DNA of 64,000 nucleotides. It comes from Promethearchaeota archaeon (GTDB taxonomy: Archaea > Asgardarchaeota > Heimdallarchaeia > Hodarchaeales > Hodarchaeaceae). Made by a program: the position numbers and the translations under genes. Shown here piece by piece: positions 1-8,694 of the stretch; positions within the stretch are counted from its first letter, which is position 1, and each line of letters starts with the position of its first letter. The stretch lies in NCBI GenBank assembly GCA_048938105.1, contig JBHLMN010000008.1, positions 1-64,000 of the forward strand, read 5' to 3'. Under the pieces are notes generated by a model, which saw nothing but the letters and a program-made list of their open reading frames with translations, had not been told where the DNA came from and searched no databases.

Positions 1-1
1 C

Positions 2-1465
2 TCTGCTCACCACAATACGTATTCTGAGAACAATATCTCCCATTGTGGTGGTTATGGAATTTTTACATGGATGGGTACACACAATGATACGTTTTCCAAC
101 AATATCATCTATAATACGTCAACTGGTATTGCATTGGATAATTCTAGTAGCAATACTCTTTCTGGGAATACTATCTTCAATTGTACGGAAGGTATTTGGG
201 TATTTGGGTTCTCGATTTTTAATAACATCAGTACTAATATGATTTATAATAATACAGATTATGGCATTGACTTGGGTGAAAGCTCTGAAAACAATGATGT
301 GGAATGGAATAATATTCTGGACAATAATCAAACAGGAGGCTGTCAGGCGTATGACGAGGGGATAGCGAACACCTTTCGTTATAACTATTGGGATGATTGG
401 ATCAGTCCCGACGAGGATGGGGATGGATTTGTCGATGATCCCTATAACATCGATGGTGGGGATAATCAAGATCTCTTTCCCCGCGCAACGCAAGTACCAG
501 TGGTGACTATCGTCTCACCTCTTGCGCAGATTTATAGAACTAGGATCACTGTAATCCTAGCTGGAAATGCATTCCTCTTCAAGTACTACATTGCGGGAGT
601 AGACAGTTCAAATCAGACCTGGAGCGTGAGTACAAACCGAACGCTAGGGGATAGCACCTACACCCTCCATGTATTTGGATTTGATCCAATAGATAAGTAT
701 ACGACTCATGAGTCAGTCTCCTTTACAATTGACTCGACCCCCCCAAATATTGAAATCCTGAGTCCTTTAAGTACAACCTATAGACAAAAAAGCCTCTCGT
801 TAATCTATAGTATCTCTGATATAACAGAAATTCAAACCACTATCTACGTTGATGGAGTATCCAATACGTCATCCATCCCTAGTGGATTCACTTCCTCCTT
901 CCCAGATGGGAGTTATAATATTACTATCATAGCTGTGGATCAGGTGGGGAATATTGGAGTAGCTAGTGTTTTTTTCACGGTTGACACGAAACCTCCCAAC
1001 ATCAGTATTGATTCTCCGACTACTACAATCTATGTCACTGGGAGTATCATGATAACGCTCTCAGGAGATGATGATGTTATCAACTATTGGTACTATATTG
1101 TGGGGGTTGATAGCGTAAATCAGACATGGGCCTCCGCAATCACACGGAGTTTACCTAATGGTTCGTATACACTTCATGCCTATGGCAATGACTCTGCAGG
1201 GAATGAAGGCCACGTCAGTGTCACATTTATAGTTGAAATTCCTCCCACTACTCCTACTTCAACTGCTCCTACTACGACTCCTCCGACCACTACGACCGAT
1301 GGGGCGAAACCAGCGGATGATCTAGGCACTTTAATTGGTTTGGGGATAATTGTGTTTGGTACTTTAGCTGTTGGTTTTCTCTTCCTCAGGAGACGTGGCC
1401 GAGGGCCACCTGACGCCTCTGTACCTCCAGAAGTCACAGACACTCCCGATAAACTAGAAGAGTAA
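2..1465 (+). CDS. Membrane-anchored surface protein (NosD/CASH-type beta-helix + Ig-like domains + Thr/Pro linker + TM); 5'-truncated by window edge
   Basis: Frame is open from base 2, so the ATG at 71 is internal. Asn/Ile-rich beta-helix repeats, YNYW..DxDGDG..DDPY motif, three Ig-like repeats, PTTT linker, hydrophobic anchor followed by RRRGR. Confidence 0.85.
   Translation, partial: SAHHNTYSENNISHCGGYGIFTWMGTHNDTFSNNIIYNTSTGIALDNSSSNTLSGNTIFNCTEGIWVFGFSIFNNISTNMIYNNTDYGIDLGESSENNDVEWNNILDNNQTGGCQAYDEGIANTFRYNYWDDWISPDEDGDGFVDDPYNIDGGDNQDLFPRATQVPVVTIVSPLAQIYRTRITVILAGNAFLFKYYIAGVDSSNQTWSVSTNRTLGDSTYTLHVFGFDPIDKYTTHESVSFTIDSTPPNIEILSPLSTTYRQKSLSLIYSISDITEIQTTIYVDGVSNTSSIPSGFTSSFPDGSYNITIIAVDQVGNIGVASVFFTVDTKPPNISIDSPTTTIYVTGSIMITLSGDDDVINYWYYIVGVDSVNQTWASAITRSLPNGSYTLHAYGNDSAGNEGHVSVTFIVEIPPTTPTSTAPTTTPPTTTTDGAKPADDLGTLIGLGIIVFGTLAVGFLFLRRRGRGPPDASVPPEVTDTPDKLEE
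1001..1214 (+). repeat. Near-identical DNA block shared with 5214..5424 (last Ig-like domain of the two paralogous adhesins)
   Basis: Long exact runs such as caactattggtactatattgtgggggttgatagcgtaaatcagac occur in both copies; one 3-nt indel (GDDDV vs GDDV). Confidence 0.9.
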
Positions 1466-1637
1466 AGATTCACACTTTTTCCTCTAAGGAGATATTCTTT
1501 TATCTTAATCAAGTTCAATCCCTTACATTCATATACTAAGAATATTTAATAATGATCAGTCAAAGATAATTTTCCTCATTTACCTTCCAGTGTTCCTTTG
1601 TGTATCTGGTTCTTTGGAATAAATGGAGACATAAAGT

Positions 1638-4600
1638 ATGAAAGCAGGAAAAATAGCAATAATCCTAATCCTTTTAATAGTTCTAGTACAAACTCAAGGA
1701 TTTCTACAAGGATCCTATCCTAGTAGAAATGTGTATGAAGGTAGGAGGCAGAAAATAGAGACTAATAGTCACGAACCACTTATTTATTCAGAATCGAATT
1801 TAGGTCTACCAAGTGCGTCTATTAAAGAGACCGTAGAATATGTGGAACAAAATCCACTTGAAATTCTAAACGACAGTGCGTTCGGGCCTAGTGGTTATAA
1901 TTTTACTGGGACTGGAACTGTTAATGATCCATACTTGATCTCAGGTTATAATATTACGAGTTCTTCAGGACCGTTGATTCATGTTGCAAATACGACGAAA
2001 TATTTTCGAATTAGTAACAATTTACTTAAAATAACGCATGGAGGAACCTTCTACAAAGGAAGTGAATACAAGCTCTATCCTACTAATGTAACTTATCCTA
2101 CTGCAATGGCAGCTTGTACAGCACTAGGTGGCCACTTGGTTACCATTTCGGATTGGAAAGAAAATACATTTGTAACAAACCTGGCACAAGATGCGTGGTA
2201 TATTTGGATAGGTCTTACAGATGAAGTTACAGAAGGTACCTTTAAATGGATAACGGGAGAACCCTTTGTTTTTTATAATTGGCTTAAACCCAACCCAAAT
2301 GACTCTGGTGACGCTGGACAAGATCATGTTGTTCTTTATGGGGGATTAGCTGGATCCTACGATTATGGTGTGTTTTACTCAGACGCTACAGGAGGATGGA
2401 ACGATGTGCATTTTAATTACTCTTATTATTATATTTGCGAATGGGAATTTGCGTCAATAGATAATTCAATTTGGGTTAATAATGTTACAAATGGAGAAAT
2501 CCTGGAGAATATTTTTACGAATGCAAAAAATGGTGTTCATCTAGAGAACACAAATAATATTTCGATTGTTAATAATATGATATCTAATCATAGTTCACAC
2601 GCTATTGTTGCTAATCAGTCCAATTTTAATAATTATTCTAATAATATCATTTATAATGGTTTCAATGGCATTATAATGGATAATTCTAGCCAAAATACTC
2701 TTTCCAAAAATTCAATCTCTGTGAGTGAAATTGGAATCACATTCAAGTCTTCCACTCTTAATAATCTATCTGAGAATACTATTTCTGATTGTATTAGTGG
2801 GTTCTATTTAGAATCATCGAATAGTACTAATATTGTTCGTAATACGTTTTATGACTGTTTAAAGACCAGCATTGATCTCCAATCATCTACTGAGAATGTG
2901 ATTGCTTGGAATAATTTCTTTCTGGGTCGTAGGACGGTGATATTTAATGGACACAAATACTTATATTTCATTGATGAACGGAAATATTGGAAAGAGGCCA
3001 AAACTGCATGTGAGCCGCTCGGTGGTCATTTAGTTACCATTACGCATCAAAATGAGTACGATTTTGTATTCGATTTATTAGGTGGGGGAGCAATCTGGCT
3101 TGGCCTTACTGATGAAAAGGTAGAGGGAACATTTGAATGGATTACAGGGGAGTATGTTACTTTTGCAGATCCTTTACTTGCCGATGGTAGTGGGGATTAT
3201 ATCCTTATGTGGACTGGATGGGCACCACTAACGTGGAATGATGTCGATAATGAAGCAACTCAAGTAAACCCACCAGGGGTACGTTATCCATATATCTGTG
3301 AGTGGGATTTCATTGATTATGTCATTGATATTGGAAGTGGGAATAATACCTACCAGTATAATTACTGGGAGAGTTGGGAAGGTCCTGATGATGATTCAAA
3401 TGGAATACACGATATTCCTTACCGTCTTAGCAACCACGGTCTTTCATTTGATGGAACTAATGACTATGCTGAACTGTCAAATTATATCCTTGAAAAGAAT
3501 TTTACAATTGAGTTCTGGGTGAATATAATTGATACTACGTCTTTTCAATGTATCATCTGTAAAGAAACATCAGCTGGATCTTGGATTTTTCTTTTAATGA
3601 TTTCACAAGGCAGTCTCGTTATTTATGATCGAGATAGTTCTGTGTTTTTAGATCTAATTACATCTGGGTGGCAACATTTCGCTATAATCATCGAAGAAGG
3701 ATCATCAACATTTAATTATCATCTTTATCGAAATGGTGTTGCCTTTATTAGCGGTTCTATGGATCTCCTTATTGGATATAATCCTACTGATAAACCGTGG
3801 ACAATAGGGCAAGAATGGGATTGGCCAGAAACTAGTGATCATCTCAAAGGAGCATATGATGATCTTCGTTTTGTAAATCGTTCTCTCACATCAGTAGAAA
3901 TTTACGAGGATTATACCTCTCCTGATAACAATTATCCTGCTCGTACGGGAACCGTTGCCTGGTATCAATTGAATGAAACAAGTGGGACATCTATTCAAGA
4001 TAGTTCAGGGCATGGAAATCACGGAACAACCTACAATGGAGCAGGGTGGAAACAGGCTGTAGATTCATTCCCTCGTATTACTCCTATTTGGATCGATGAT
4101 AATAATGATTTTCCTAATTTCAGTAGTTCAGGTGATGGGACACTAAATAAACCATATAAGATTGAAAATCACTATTTTGTAAGTAACCACACTAATTTAA
4201 TTGAAATACATAATACCACAGCTTACTTCGTGATTCAAAACTCCTTTTTTGATAGTTTAGAAGGCTCTTATGACGCGATTTATCTCAAAAACGTTACTAA
4301 TGGCTGGATCCAGAACAATGAGCTAACAAATGGATATTATGGGATACAGGTGGAATTATCAGAAAGCATCTTAATTGAAAGGAATTTTATTTTTAATGGC
4401 GTAGTGGGGATGACTATACAGTTATCTGTTTCTAATCATATCAAGTGCAATATGATTTACAACAACATAGACTATGGGATTAAGATAGATACTAGCTCTG
4501 AAAATAACATAGTGGAATGGAATATCATTCTGAATAATAATCAAACTGGGCATCAAGCATATGATAAAGGTATAGCAAATGTTTTTCGATATAACTATTG

Positions 4601-5624
4601 GAATGACTGGACAAGTCCCGATGATGATATAGATGGTTTTGTTGATGATCCCTATGATATAGACGGGGGGAATAACCAAGATTTCTTTCCTGTGGCAACT
4701 GAGGTGCCACTGGTAAAAATTATCTCACCTATTGCGCAATTTTACGACATAGATACAGTTTCCGTTATTCTTTCGGGTAATGCATACCATTACATATACT
4801 ACATAGAAGGAGTAGATAGTTCGAATCAAACATGGAGCTCCAGTTCAAGTCGAACACTCGATGACGGCAGCTACATCCTCCATGTATATGGAAGTGATCC
4901 ATTAGATAAGTATACGATCTATGAATCAGTCTCCTTTACGATTGACACGATTCTTCCGAGTATTGATATCAGTAGTCCAATAATGAAAACGTACACGCAA
5001 AAAAGTATAACACTAAGCTATACTGTCTCTGACGCGACAGACACTCATGCCACTATCTATATTAATGATGTTGCCAACACAACAACTATCCCCAGTGGAA
5101 TCACCTCCCACTTCCCAAATGGGGATTATAATATTACTATCATTATTGTGGATCAAGCTGGAAATATCGGAACAGCCAATGTTATTTTTACTGTTGATGC
5201 TGAACCTCCCACCATCAGTATTGATTCTCCAGTCAAGACAACCTATACTACTGGGAGTATCATGATAACCCTCTCAGGAGATGATGTCGTCAACTATTGG
5301 TACTATATTGTGGGGGTTGATAGCGTAAATCAGACGTGGGCCTCCGCAATAACACGGAGTTTACCGAATGGTACGTATACCCTTCATGCCTATGGGAATG
5401 ATTCTGCGGGAAATGAAGTCCACGAGAGTGTCATTTTTGTTGTTGAAATCCCTCCTATGACCACTAGTCTCACTTCAACTGGTCCAACTACAACTCCTCC
5501 GACCACCACGACAGGTGAGACAAAATCAGAGGATGACCTCGGTAATATAATTGGCATGGGGGCTATTGTGATTGCTGTTTTCGCCGTACTTGGCGGTTTC
5601 TACTTCCTCAAGAAGAAACGCTGA
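1638..5624 (+). CDS. Large surface adhesin: signal peptide, two beta-helix modules with two inserted C-type lectin domains and a LamG domain, three Ig-like domains, TM anchor
   Basis: CTLD motifs AC..LGGHLVTI / WIGLTD / WND / YICEW twice; LamG motifs LSFDG..DY, FTIEFWV, WQHFA, DDLRF; SD-like ggag before the ATG; C-terminal TM. Confidence 0.9.
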   Translation: MKAGKIAIILILLIVLVQTQGFLQGSYPSRNVYEGRRQKIETNSHEPLIYSESNLGLPSASIKETVEYVEQNPLEILNDSAFGPSGYNFTGTGTVNDPYLISGYNITSSSGPLIHVANTTKYFRISNNLLKITHGGTFYKGSEYKLYPTNVTYPTAMAACTALGGHLVTISDWKENTFVTNLAQDAWYIWIGLTDEVTEGTFKWITGEPFVFYNWLKPNPNDSGDAGQDHVVLYGGLAGSYDYGVFYSDATGGWNDVHFNYSYYYICEWEFASIDNSIWVNNVTNGEILENIFTNAKNGVHLENTNNISIVNNMISNHSSHAIVANQSNFNNYSNNIIYNGFNGIIMDNSSQNTLSKNSISVSEIGITFKSSTLNNLSENTISDCISGFYLESSNSTNIVRNTFYDCLKTSIDLQSSTENVIAWNNFFLGRRTVIFNGHKYLYFIDERKYWKEAKTACEPLGGHLVTITHQNEYDFVFDLLGGGAIWLGLTDEKVEGTFEWITGEYVTFADPLLADGSGDYILMWTGWAPLTWNDVDNEATQVNPPGVRYPYICEWDFIDYVIDIGSGNNTYQYNYWESWEGPDDDSNGIHDIPYRLSNHGLSFDGTNDYAELSNYILEKNFTIEFWVNIIDTTSFQCIICKETSAGSWIFLLMISQGSLVIYDRDSSVFLDLITSGWQHFAIIIEEGSSTFNYHLYRNGVAFISGSMDLLIGYNPTDKPWTIGQEWDWPETSDHLKGAYDDLRFVNRSLTSVEIYEDYTSPDNNYPARTGTVAWYQLNETSGTSIQDSSGHGNHGTTYNGAGWKQAVDSFPRITPIWIDDNNDFPNFSSSGDGTLNKPYKIENHYFVSNHTNLIEIHNTTAYFVIQNSFFDSLEGSYDAIYLKNVTNGWIQNNELTNGYYGIQVELSESILIERNFIFNGVVGMTIQLSVSNHIKCNMIYNNIDYGIKIDTSSENNIVEWNIILNNNQTGHQAYDKGIANVFRYNYWNDWTSPDDDIDGFVDDPYDIDGGNNQDFFPVATEVPLVKIISPIAQFYDIDTVSVILSGNAYHYIYYIEGVDSSNQTWSSSSSRTLDDGSYILHVYGSDPLDKYTIYESVSFTIDTILPSIDISSPIMKTYTQKSITLSYTVSDATDTHATIYINDVANTTTIPSGITSHFPNGDYNITIIIVDQAGNIGTANVIFTVDAEPPTISIDSPVKTTYTTGSIMITLSGDDVVNYWYYIVGVDSVNQTWASAITRSLPNGTYTLHAYGNDSAGNEVHESVIFVVEIPPMTTSLTSTGPTTTPPTTTTGETKSEDDLGNIIGMGAIVIAVFAVLGGFYFLKKKR
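5214..5424 (+). repeat. Second copy of the block at 1001..1214
   Basis: Direct comparison of the two sequences. Confidence 0.9.
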
Positions 5625-5891
5625 GGCCCGTTTGACACTTCTGATGTTCCTGAAGTTCCTGAAGAATAAAGGATATTTTCCCCTTTTCCCACTCTTCATT
5701 CTTTTTTTTTTAATAATAAATTGATTAATGAAAATTCCAATAAAATTAGAGAGCAAATTCCTTAAAATGAGATGAACTTCAAAGTGCAATACAACATCAG
5801 TAAAGCTAAAGATAACTAAATTATTTTAGAAATTAACCCAAGGTCCTTCATAAATCAAATCCTTAGTTATTTAGGAAAAAATCAATTATAA

Positions 5892-8690
5892 CTAATTTTC
5901 CTCCTTTTCTTCAGGATTATCTCCCTTATCTTCCACATCTTCAGTAGTGATTTCTTTTTTGATTTCTTTTTGTTCCTTAGTTATTTTAGCTGCTTCCTTT
6001 GCGGTAAAGGCCTCTTCTAAGCTTGCTAATTCACGTTTTTGACCTTTCTTATTACCTGTTATCTTATAAATTTCTAAAGCAGCTAAATTATGTTTAATTG
6101 CATTCTTATAATCTTTTTTATTTAAATAACAACGTCCAATTTCTCCTAGTTGACGTGCTTCTTCTGCTTTATCATTTGCCTTCCGTGCTTCCTTAAGTGC
6201 CCGTTTATGTTCTTTGATTGGTTCTGGAAGCATTAATCGTTTAGTACCAAAATAACTTAATGCTCCAATACCACAAATCCCACCTAATGCGAGAATTAAT
6301 CCCAACCACAAATAATCTTCTTCTGGGGCTGCTGGGGTATAAGTCGGAGGGGTATAGGGTGGAGCTGTCCAGGGAATCTGAGTGGTATTTATAGCTCCTG
6401 TAACAGCTCTGGTAATTACACGCACAGTAACTGAATTCTTGACTGTATTCTCATAAGGATCAATAGCTTCGAAAGTGAAAAGATAAGTTCCAATCCCTAG
6501 GTTATCAACAGGATAATCGACTGGTACACCTGGATAGAAGGTTCCAGTTGTTACTTTGAGAGAATCTCGATAAATATTATAGGTACCAGGTTCAACAGAT
6601 AAGACTGTCCAGTTTAAAATATGACCGAGAGTATCTACTTCAAATTCAATATAATCCTCTGTATTACAAGTTACCGATATTGCAGTTGCTTCTAGAACCC
6701 AAACATATACAAGATCAGTTATTGCATTCCCAGTAGTATCGTGTGCGATCAAAGTATAATTATATACTCCTAAATATTGCCCTCCTACATTGACATTTAT
6801 TAATGCTGACGCATTCCATTCCCCCTTAGCAATTGGTGTACCATTTTGATAAACAGTATAAGAACTTGGGTCATCATCAGAGATAAGCCAACTAAGTGTA
6901 TGACTCTTAGGGGAACCATACTGATAATAGAAATTCTCCTCTGGTTCTATTACAAATATAGGAGTTTGATTTCCTATTATAGTTATTACTACAGTGTCAG
7001 TGATGTTACGGCCGCTCGTTTCTGTAAAAACTATGAAATACTCATATTCCCCAATACTCAGATTTGTAGTAGAGATCTCGACGACTAAGTTGAAAAATTG
7101 ATAAATCTCATCCCAGGTGGAAGTATTACTATAAATCTGGTTATTTCGATAGATAGTATAATTAGAAGGAAATGAATCCAAAATTGACCATTCAATAGTC
7201 TCAGATTTTCCCTCTACGACTGCCAAATCGGACGGACGGATAAAAGATTTTAATCCAAGCAATTGTCCATTAATTCTATTGTTCAAATAGGTAATACCAG
7301 GGCTAGATTCGTCGATGAATGCCCAAACGCTTGTATCAATGATACTATTGGCTTCTAGTCTTGAATCACTGGAATCAAGAAGTACAATTCCAAATCCAGA
7401 AATGTCTTTGATCTCGGTCACTTCAGCACCAGATCCCCCTAAGTTTGATGATAAACTATTTTCTGATAAACTTGAGATATCTATTAAGATATTTCCAATC
7501 AGATCAGTTGAAGTTGATGTTTTAACTTGAATTCCATGAGCAGCCTCATAAAAGGAGGATATTTCCGAAATAGTGTTGTTTCTTATTTCCGAATTATCAG
7601 AATTACTGATAGAAATACCTGTTGTGTTGGAATAGACTGATTCAACATTCGAGATGCTATTTAAAGAGATATTTCCACTTGGACAGTTATCTAGAGAAAT
7701 TGCATTAACATCATCGAAGAATGATGGAGATATAAGGTTAGAGAGTTGATTATCAATTATCGATACAAGAGGAGAGTGCGCTACTTTAATTCCTGTTAGT
7801 TTGGAACTTCCACTTATTGAATCAATTATTATGTTGGAAGTGACTAATGATGTACAATTGTTTGCAGAGATTGCAGAGGATTCAGATGTACTTGACGATA
7901 AAGATGTGATATTAGTATCTGAGATAGTAAAAAAATCACAATTATCTAAGAATATGCCCCAAGATGATCTTGAAGTAACATTTGCAACATTAGAAGCATT
8001 TATCGCAAGTGACTGAGCATTAACACCATAAATACCATAGGATGCAGCAGTAGATGTGATATTATTTAATGTAACGTTTTGAATGATGATATTATTACTG
8101 GCTTCAAGAATAAGGCCAAATGCATGGTAAGCTGTGAGGAAACCAGAGTAAGTAGAGTGGAGTCCATCTATTGTGCTATTTATGACGGAAGTATCACTGG
8201 AATCAGTAATGTTAATTCCAGCAACAGAAGAAGTGCTAGTACCAATATTCTGAATGAAGCAATTGTTGATTAAGGAATTAGGACAATTTTCCAATGTTAT
8301 TACTGTGTTTACAGTATTATTAACAGTTAAATCCTGAATTAGCACATTTTGAAGTGTTACATTTTGACTATCAATGATTATTAAGGGATCAGTAATTAGT
8401 CCCTCAATAACCAAATCATCACTGTTTGTTATTGTAACTTGGATATTTTTGACTGAATATGATTGAACAAACGATTGTAAAAAGCCCATGGAGTTAATCG
8501 TAACACCTGGTTCATGAGCTTGAAGAATTATTCGGAGCAGCTGGTCTTCATGTTCAAAGAAAGCTGATACTTTCTTCCCATTTATTGTCAGAATTACTTC
8601 ATTCTCTTGGTTGTGTTTGAAAAGGAGACCAGAAGATGAAAAAATAAGGAGAAGAACTCCAAATATAAGAATATAGCGTGAAAGTCTCAT
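5892..8690 (-). CDS. Membrane protein: right-handed beta-helix, Ig-like repeats, Pro/Thr linker, TM helix, cytoplasmic TPR-like tail
   Basis: N-terminal hydrophobic segment; IxNxxIxN repeats; TM YLWLGLILALGGICGIGALSYFG; EARQLGEIGRCY...AIKHNLAALEIY TPR pattern; gaggtga SD upstream. Confidence 0.85.
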   Translation of the reverse strand: MRLSRYILIFGVLLLIFSSSGLLFKHNQENEVILTINGKKVSAFFEHEDQLLRIILQAHEPGVTINSMGFLQSFVQSYSVKNIQVTITNSDDLVIEGLITDPLIIIDSQNVTLQNVLIQDLTVNNTVNTVITLENCPNSLINNCFIQNIGTSTSSVAGINITDSSDTSVINSTIDGLHSTYSGFLTAYHAFGLILEASNNIIIQNVTLNNITSTAASYGIYGVNAQSLAINASNVANVTSRSSWGIFLDNCDFFTISDTNITSLSSSTSESSAISANNCTSLVTSNIIIDSISGSSKLTGIKVAHSPLVSIIDNQLSNLISPSFFDDVNAISLDNCPSGNISLNSISNVESVYSNTTGISISNSDNSEIRNNTISEISSFYEAAHGIQVKTSTSTDLIGNILIDISSLSENSLSSNLGGSGAEVTEIKDISGFGIVLLDSSDSRLEANSIIDTSVWAFIDESSPGITYLNNRINGQLLGLKSFIRPSDLAVVEGKSETIEWSILDSFPSNYTIYRNNQIYSNTSTWDEIYQFFNLVVEISTTNLSIGEYEYFIVFTETSGRNITDTVVITIIGNQTPIFVIEPEENFYYQYGSPKSHTLSWLISDDDPSSYTVYQNGTPIAKGEWNASALINVNVGGQYLGVYNYTLIAHDTTGNAITDLVYVWVLEATAISVTCNTEDYIEFEVDTLGHILNWTVLSVEPGTYNIYRDSLKVTTGTFYPGVPVDYPVDNLGIGTYLFTFEAIDPYENTVKNSVTVRVITRAVTGAINTTQIPWTAPPYTPPTYTPAAPEEDYLWLGLILALGGICGIGALSYFGTKRLMLPEPIKEHKRALKEARKANDKAEEARQLGEIGRCYLNKKDYKNAIKHNLAALEIYKITGNKKGQKRELASLEEAFTAKEAAKITKEQKEIKKEITTEDVEDKGDNPEEKEEN

Positions 8691-8694
8691 CGAA

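Noticed and set aside
5622-5760. Selenocysteine recoding of the TGA at 5622
   Set aside because: The homologous residue is Arg, not Cys, and no SECIS-like hairpin is evident downstream.
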